Origin: Eledone cirrhosa
Taxonomy: Eukaryota
Reading direction: 5' to 3'
Assembly (NCBI GenBank): GCA_964016885.1
Contig: OZ024741.1
Span: 91,636,001-91,700,000, forward strand
DNA length: 64,000 bases
Both the position numbers and the translations under genes were made by a program. How positions within the stretch are numbered: position 1 is the first letter of the stretch; each line of letters opens with the position of its first letter. The notes below the pieces were generated by a model. It did no database searches, was not told where the DNA came from, and was given only the letters and a program-made list of their open reading frames with translations. This document shows, piece after piece, positions 56,773 to 64,000 of the stretch.

Positions 56773-56840
56773 AGAGAGAGAGAGAGGAAGAGAGAGAGAG
56801 TATGTATGTGTGTTGAGTGCATGTGCGTTCATGTGTGTAT

Positions 56841-56879
<39 letters not shown>

Positions 56880-57009
56880 TAACATGCTTCAATATAGTTT
56901 TCGTGTACCAAATTTTACTCATATAACAGTGGTCAGTCTGAGCCTAAAGTAAACGTACTTGCCCTAGGTATCACGCAGTTAGTATGAACCTAAAATCACG
57001 TGGTTTCGG

Positions 57010-57200
57010 TTATCAGCGTGTGTGTGCATGCGGTTTTATGTCCCGCAACTTAGCGATTCGACAAAAAGTGATCAATAAAATATGTATTAGACTTTTAAAA
57101 TGTGTGCTAGGTGTTGATATGATCGACTAAAACTCCTTCAAGGCATTGCTCCAACATGGTCCCAGTCGCATGACTGGAACTTGTATAAAAAATAAAAGAC
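57010..57200 (+). mobile_element. SINE 3' part (second family)
   Basis: Similar to 20130-20300 (gatcgactaaa, cttcaaggc, tgactggaac). Confidence 0.55.
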
Positions 57201-58189
57201 CTTAAAATTAGTATCAATGATGTAGTGTTGAGGTTTGTTCCCCTGAGATATGGTAAGGTGTTGTGTTTGTGTTAATGTCGGTGTTGTTTTTCAATATTGA
57301 TGTATGAAAGTAGATTGTCATGTCTCCGCCTTGTAAGATGTTTGCGAAGAAGTCTTTGTTCACTGAATATGTGAATAACTTAGTGAAAGGTATTGACGTT
57401 TGTGTGCACGCAAGGTGAGTGTGTAGGTTTTGACGTGTTTAGAAGTGGAGGGAGATGTAGTGACGATTGATCTGTGAAACAAAGGTGTCTGTTGTTTGAA
57501 GTAACAGGAAACAGTCTATATTATTGTGGAGAATTAAGAATGCAGGAAAGATGACTAAGACCTAAGATGTTGGTTCACCGTTGCTCCCGACAGGGAGTAT
57601 TCCAGTTAATTTGATCAACGGAACAGCCTACCCGTAAAATTAACGTCAATGTAGCTGTGCATTCTATAGACACCTGTAACCCTTACAGAAAGACCCAATT
57701 TGACTCAATTCAGTATAACATGGTGATCGATTCAAATCTTTACAAAGTGTTATGGTGCATAGTAGGCTACTAAAATTGTTTCTGAATTCTGCTTTATTCT
57801 AGGACAGAGGTTAACGTGATATTGTTGTTGGACCTCTGTCGGTTCAGACGATGAGTATCTCAGTTGATTCCAGTCTGCTCGTGATATTAACGGGAAAATG
57901 TTCGAGCATTCCATAGAGTGTAATTTTCAGGGAAATCTCAGCGTAATTTCTCAGGGAAATTCGTTGTGACGCATTGTGTGACAAGGCTGGTCTTTTGAAT
58001 TTAAATGTGCAAATCATTTTTTACACCGTGAAATAGTGTCGCGCTCAAAGATACAAAGACCAGCCTAGAATCGATCACATAACCTTGCGAGCAAGGCGAC
58101 ATCAAAGCGACGCGCCTCCACAAGTCCTAAGTTCGATGATGGCATGATGATTAGAAATCAATATTTTATCATAAAGTAATAGAGTATAT

Positions 58190-58600
58190 ATTATCCAACC
58201 ATCTTGTTCGGGATCTACCTCCTGTCGGATGGGTTTGCCTGTAAAATCTGTCACCCTTTCCTGAAATATTCTAATCACATGTCCGTAGTACGAGAGCTGT
58301 GATACCTAATTTCGGAGAAGTAACCTCTTACCTGGACCAACTCTCTGATCTACGAGCTACGCATTCTCGAGCAACGTTACTCCAAAGACCCTTCAGAGGA
58401 AACCACTTGGCCGCTGGTATATGCGATCCTATTCTTTCAGTAATTACCCAAGCTTCATGTCTATAGGTGTGGGTTGGCACGAATACCGAATTGAAGAAAC
58501 CGAGTTCGGCTTTTACACCCACCTGCCTTCTGATGACCGAATGCTGAAGCGGCAGCAGCTCCTGCAATTCTTGCACCTAATTTAGCTTCTTGTCTTCCAT
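58190..58600 (-). mobile_element. RTE-clade LINE C-terminal fragment
   Basis: QHSVIRRQVGVKAELGFFNSVFVPTHTYRHEAWVITE, homologous to the other RTE copies. Confidence 0.82.
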
Positions 58601-58609
58601 CTACCACTA

Positions 58610-59040
58610 AAATGGTAGAGCGTGGGATAATATGTCATTTTGGTATTTCTTAAGACTCATATTATTCTGAGTTCAAATTATTCCGACGTCAACTTTGCTT
58701 TTCCTTTTTCCATCATCAATAAATATAAAGTACCAGTCAAATGCTGGGGTTGATTTAATCAATGTCACCCTTTCCTCAAATTTCCTGGCCTTGAACCAAA
58801 ATTAGAAATCAATATTTTACGATCAGATGACACTCTCCACCAAATCTCGAACAAATATTTCGATGCCAGAAAAACTGATTAAGGGAAACAAATTTGTTTT
58901 ATTTAAGATTTTCTTATCTATCTAACTGATAGTCACTACTTTAATAATGATTTCTAATTTAGGCACAATGCCAACAATCTGTGGAAGGGAAAAGTCGATT
59001 AACTCAGCCCTAGTACTTGACTGGTAGTTTATTTTATACA
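58610..59040. mobile_element. Two degenerate SINE pieces (58610-58810 plus; 58950-59040 minus)
   Basis: ctgagttcaaatt..caactttgc..taaagtaccagtc..ctggccttg, and ggcacaatgcc..gactggtag. Confidence 0.65.
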
Positions 59041-59140
59041 TGTAATATTTTATAGAACCTTTATAAAAGATGATGAAAGGAACCAATCATTAGATGATGA
59101 TGATGATGATGATGATGATAATAACAATAATAATAATAAT

Positions 59141-59805
59141 GGGGAGGAGGCTAGCTCACTGTGTAGGATTTGTGGAAAGAGATAGGAGACTGTGGCTCAC
59201 ATCGTATTCGGGTGTAAACACCTAGCCCAGACTCACTATAAAGCTGGAGGCCTGATATGATAGGAAAGGTGATTCACTGGGATTTATGCAAACTTAATAG
59301 TTTACCACACTCTGAGAAGTGGTATGAGTATAAGTCAGAGTCGGTGATAGAAAACGATCAAGTGAAGGTGCTATGGGATTTCAGGATACAGAGAAACCAG
59401 AAATTAGAACACAATAGGCCTGACCAGGTGGTTTTTTTACAAGAAAAAAAGATCCTGCCTGATTGTAGATGTAGCCTGTGCATTTAACACAAGCGTTCAA
59501 GAAAAGGAGAAGCATAAAATTGACCGATACCAAGATTTAAAGTGGGAGTTAAAAAGGATTTGGGACTGTCATGAGATCAAGGTCGTCCCGATTGTCATAG
59601 GAGCACTAGCTACTATCTCAAAGAGTTTTCAAGCATGGTTAAAGAATACTAGTCCAGTCCCTTTTTTAGAACACTTCAAAAGGCATGCTTGCTGGGAAGA
59701 CCAACAAACCTCCGATACGTCCTGAATATCTGAGGCTGCAGGTAGCGGCTTGATGTTCATTTCAACAAACATTCCAGTTAAATAACATCTATGACTGAGA
59801 CTCCA

Positions 59806-59806
<1 letters not shown>
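59141..59806 (+). mobile_element. 5'-truncated Dong/R4-clade non-LTR element (CCHC + restriction-like endonuclease)
   Basis: CRICGKR*ETVAHIVFGC, IHWDLC, LWDF..HNRPD, IVDVAC, EEHKIDRYQDL, VPIVIGAL. (TAA)n on both sides; Dong elements are known to insert in TAA repeats. Confidence 0.88.
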
Positions 59807-59856
<50 letters not shown>

Positions 59857-60117
59857 TTTCTTTATTAACCACAAGGGTTTACATAAAGTAGACATTAAGG
59901 ACAGTGCAGGACAATGCAGGACGGTACAAATGGGCATTTCTGCGTGTAAAAAAAACAAAAATAGAGGATGTAACAAAAATAACAATGAAAATAACAATGA
60001 AAAATTCCCCAATAGGGGGGAGACTTCGGAGGGACATTTGTGGAGAAAGCCCAGTAAAAAGCCACAATGACCCTGACCACCAAGGCAAGTGCCCTCTCCC
60101 AGTTTTCCACCTTTAGT

Positions 60118-63100
60118 TTACAGATATATACTCAGAGTCGGCCCATTCACTCGGGCCATTCTTGCTTCTCTCACCCATCTTTCAACAAAATGCTGGGAAG
60201 AGAGCACTTCCTTCTCTACTCTGATTTTCCTTTTCAAATGAAATTTGAAAAAGTCAATCAGAGCATCACCGAAGAGGTAAGTGCTCGTCTTCAGCCCTTT
60301 CAAACGTGTCCACCATACTATCTCTTTCGCCATGGCCACCAGACAGATAAAAACTGCCTGCCCTTCCCGGCTAAAGGAGGAGGGCGGAGCAATCCTCACG
60401 ATAGACTCAGATGATAGCTGGATCCGTCCTAAACGCGACAGCAGGTGTTCGACATAAACCCACAAGTCAGCAATTTTCGGACACTGGACGAGTGCGTGCA
60501 GGACGGTTTCGTCGCCCTGCGCGCATCTCGGACATGCCCGGCTGACGGCACCTCCATGCCTGTAGAGTTTATCCCGAACTGGCAAGGCTCCTCGGTAGCA
60601 CTGCCAGGCCAGAGATTTCTGGAAGTTGTCCATAGGCCCCGGCCCGAAGGTTCTTCCGAAGAGATTGGCTAGTTGATTTTCGTCGACGCCTAGAGTTTCC
60701 CCAAGTACGTCGTCGCTCTTCCCCTCCACTAATCCTCTATAGAACGCCGAGGTGGAGTTTCCACCGATCACATTGCCCGATTGGTCGAGGGCTGTGAGCG
60801 CCTGAAGACATTCCAGTCTCCAGGCGCTCCCTCTCGGTCTTCGCTTGACCCAGGACTGCAGCTCCGTCAAGGAAACGAGCTGGGGAAAAACGCGTCTAGC
60901 AAACGGCGACCACACCTGATCACCGTCGAGGAAGAGGTGGAGATGTCGTAGCCTGAGCGCGTGCCTGCGCATCATCAGCCACGGCATGCCCAGCCCTCCA
61001 CGTAGCGGGTGTTGACAACAGATGGACCGCCTGACCATCGGAGCACGTCCCTTCCACAAAAAGCGAAAGAGCAAACGCTCCAGCGCAGTCAGGCGAGGCT
61101 TAGGACAAGGTACGACGGTTAGGCGGTAGCAGATGACAGACGCGATGTACGCGTTAGCCACCTCCGCTCGACCTTTCAGGGATAGCTTCCTCTCCGCCCA
61201 TTTCTGGGTGAGAGAAGCCACCCTGCTCGTCACCTCGTCCCAGTTTTTGTCCGTCTGGAGGTCCGGACCGAACCAGACCCCTAGCAATTTAACCGGTCCG
61301 TCCGTCCAGCGCCCGACGACGCTGTTGGACGGCATGGACCTGCCTCTCCAGGTGCCGAGCTGCAGGCCCACTGACTTTTCCTGGTTGATCATTGCTCCTG
61401 TCACCGCTTCGTATTCTCTTAGTGTAGTGCCGATCGCCTCGATGTGTTTGGCGTTCGACACCACTACGGTGACATCGTCCGCATATGCTGACACGGATCT
61501 TCCGCATCCTAGTTCGCGCGGGACTCCCCTCAACGTCTCCAGCTTGTGCAGTAATGGCTCGAGAGTCAATACGTACAAGAGGGACGAGAGGGGACATCCT
61601 TGGCGGACCGAGCGCATGATGTTGAACGGTTCTGACAGGTGACCGTTCACTCTCACCACAGAGCAGATGTCGCTGTGCATGGCAGCGATCCAGCCTCTGA
61701 AGACGGGCCCAAAGCCAGCCGCCCTCAGGACTGCCGCTAGGTAACGATGGTCGACCCTATCGAAAGCTTTCGACTGATCTAAATTGATCAAGGACCCACC
61801 CGTGCCAGGTTCCCTAGCTACCCTCTCTACGATGTATCGCATGAGGTGGAGGTTGTCGTGGATGGATCTGTCGGGAATGGCGCATGTCTGCGCCTCTCCC
61901 ACCAGACCACCAACGACAAGCGCCAACCTCTTTGCTAGCACCTTGGCCAAAATCTTAAACTCTGTGTTTAGCAGAGTTATGGGCCGGAAATTGTCTATGT
62001 TATCCCCCTTGTTCGGATCCTTTCTCAGCAGTGCCACCGCTCCTCGGCTCACAGAACTGGGAATTCTCCCGTTCTGTTGCCAGTTGCAGTAGACGTCCGC
62101 CAAGAGGCCTCCGAACAAGTCTGGCATCTGTACGTAAAGTTCATAGGGCAGACCATCCAAACCAGGCGATTTACCCCTTGTGCAGCCAGTCATTGCCTCC
62201 CGTACTTCAGCGGCTATTATCGGCTTTTCACAACACTCAGCCTCAATGGCCGAGAGCCGCGACAGTCCGTCGAGGTAGACACTAAGGTCCATCCTTCGAT
62301 CCGGCCCGCCGCTGCCTCCGAACAGCTGTGCGAAGGGTGGCTGAAAAGCTTCACACATTTGCCCGGGATCAAGTAGTATGCGCCCGTCGTGGTCCACCAA
62401 AGCCGGATCGTGGCTTTGTTGCCACGACGCGCCTCCGCCACTCGGGCCCATTGAACGGCTTTCGTCCCCTCGGGTCTGAGAGCACGCACCCTAGCTCAGA
62501 CAACGCAACCTTCGTGCTTTGCATTGAAGAATTGGTCAAGGGCCAATTTCGCCGCAAGTACGTCGGTCGCGATGCCTTTGCTAAGCCCCTCGTCTAATTT
62601 TCTAACTAATTCTCCCTCTGCACTATTTTTCTCTATTGCTAAAGTCTTACTAAACCTAATGGACTCTAATCTAATTGCTCTTTTCAGAGCAAACCACCAC
62701 TTGTTGTTGACGATGGCCCCCGCCAACTCCCGCTTAACTAGTTCGCTAATCCGGTCTCTGTAGGCCTTGCGCGCTGGTAAGGACGCGTTTAGCTTCCAGT
62801 AGCCGGGTCCTCGTCTATGAAGCCTATCTAAGTCAAGCACACAGATCACGAATTTGTGGTCCGTGTAGCTGACTGTCTTGAATTATGGACAGCCTATGCT
62901 AGACCTATCTATTTCCCTACAAAATACTCTATCTAGATATGATCTGGATGACTCTATGCGATTTGTCCAAGACCACATTGGCACATTCGGGAAATCCAAT
63001 CGGTACCTGTCAGACAGTTCAAAACGCCTGAGAAGGTTGGTGAGGCTCTTGCACCCTCCTCCCCTATCCGCTGATCCCACACAGTCCCAGCGGTCATCTA

Positions 63101-63536
63101 AGATCCCGTTCCAGTCGCCCATTAACACTAAAGAGCGGGACGTTCCTAGAAAGGTCTCCATACGCCGGAAGAAATCAGGCTGCCCTGCTCCTGTTGGGGC
63201 ATAGACGGCCACTAGCCTGAAAGCTTGCCCGTCTCTGCTGGTCACGTCCAGCACCACCAACTTACCTTCTGGGTCCAGGAAGATGGCGCGTATAGCGAGA
63301 TCCAAACCTCTCTGAAAAAGCACAGCAACTCCTCCCCCCGATCCCGGATGGCTGGGAGATTCGTACACATCGTAGCCGCCGAAGATCGGTGCGAAGGCAC
63401 GTGCTTCGGGGATTCTGGTCTCGCTGATGGCCACTTTATCTATGTTTAGTGACCTGAGGTCGTTGAGCATGTGGCCCTGCTTCCATGACGACCCCAAGCC
63501 ACGCGCATTTATGCTGCCTATTCTGAGTGAGGTCAT
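60118..63536 (-). pseudogene. Tx1-like ORF2 (APE, RT, zinc finger), frameshifted
   Basis: ORFs 62883-63536, 62496-62849, 62217-62489 and 60118-62451: NARGL, AVYAP, MGDWN; NLDQSKAFDRVDH, RQGCPLS, YADD; CPRC..ETVLHALVQC. Confidence 0.93.
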
Positions 63537-63570
63537 GTTGAAATGGAGTGGAAAAGATGGGAAAGACCAC

Positions 63571-64000
63571 TTACCTTACTTCTCGTAGAGGAAGGATGGT
63601 TTTTCCATCCTTTTCACAGCTTGTGGCCTCCTCCGGAAGGATGTCCTTATAAATCCTCCTGGAGAGTGTTTGTCGGAAGTCTCCGATGTCTTTGGGGAAT
63701 TTTTGTTTTGTGTCGTGTACGTTTTCTCTGTGATGCGAGTGATTTGTATGTGTGGAGGTGGTGTGAACTTTTGGGTTGTTGTGTAGTCTTTTTCTGTGAT
63801 GCTGGTGTTGTGTTGCATGTAGTGTACTAATTGGTTGTTGTTCAAATTTAATGCTGTGTAGTGTGTATCGTTTTGGTTGTTTTGTTTTGTTTGTGTTTGT
63901 TGTGGGTTTGTTTCTGTTTCGCTTTTTGGTGACTTTTGTGGTGTTGGTGATGGTGGTGTTGGGATTAATGATGGTGATGGTGTTGGTGTTTGTGGTCATG
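63571..64000 (-). pseudogene. C-terminal Thr/Lys-rich part of Tx1-like ORF1
   Basis: Position directly upstream of ORF2 and a composition similar to the other element's ORF1 tail (inference). Confidence 0.55.

Larger units (their letters stand above)
59855..64000 (-). mobile_element. Tx1-like (L1 clade) retrotransposon, second family; 5' end lies beyond the window
   Basis: ORF2 is clearly homologous to the 31-34.5 kb ORF2. The 3' UTR ends cccttgtggttaataaagaaatc followed by (ATT)n. Confidence 0.93.

Overview
AT-rich eukaryotic DNA dominated by microsatellites and retroelements. The SINE motifs and compound (TA)n/(CA)n/(GA)n/(GATA)n tracts suggest a coleoid cephalopod, Octopus-like genome (inference only). 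No intact host gene is visible, and most ORFs in the supplied track are microsatellite artefacts. Supported content: two frameshifted Tx1/L1-clade LINEs (one full length inside a (GATA)n tract, one ending in (TAA)n), six RTE-clade fragments (one with a twin-priming-type 5' inversion), a Dong/R4-type restriction-like endonuclease fragment in (TAA)n, many tRNA-type SINE copies, and a 2.9 kb 44-45 bp satellite with a hairpin monomer. Two signals lie outside the ORF track. (1) Several sequence-unrelated type I hammerhead ribozyme motifs with short or palindromic stem III sit in small non-coding units next to microsatellites, twice as divergent inverted pairs; they are probably Penelope-like-element related. 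(2) Decayed cadherin-repeat motifs are scattered in the unique islands between microsatellites over tens of kb, consistent with a shredded cadherin pseudogene or pseudogene cluster. All folds and translations were done by eye and need computational confirmation.
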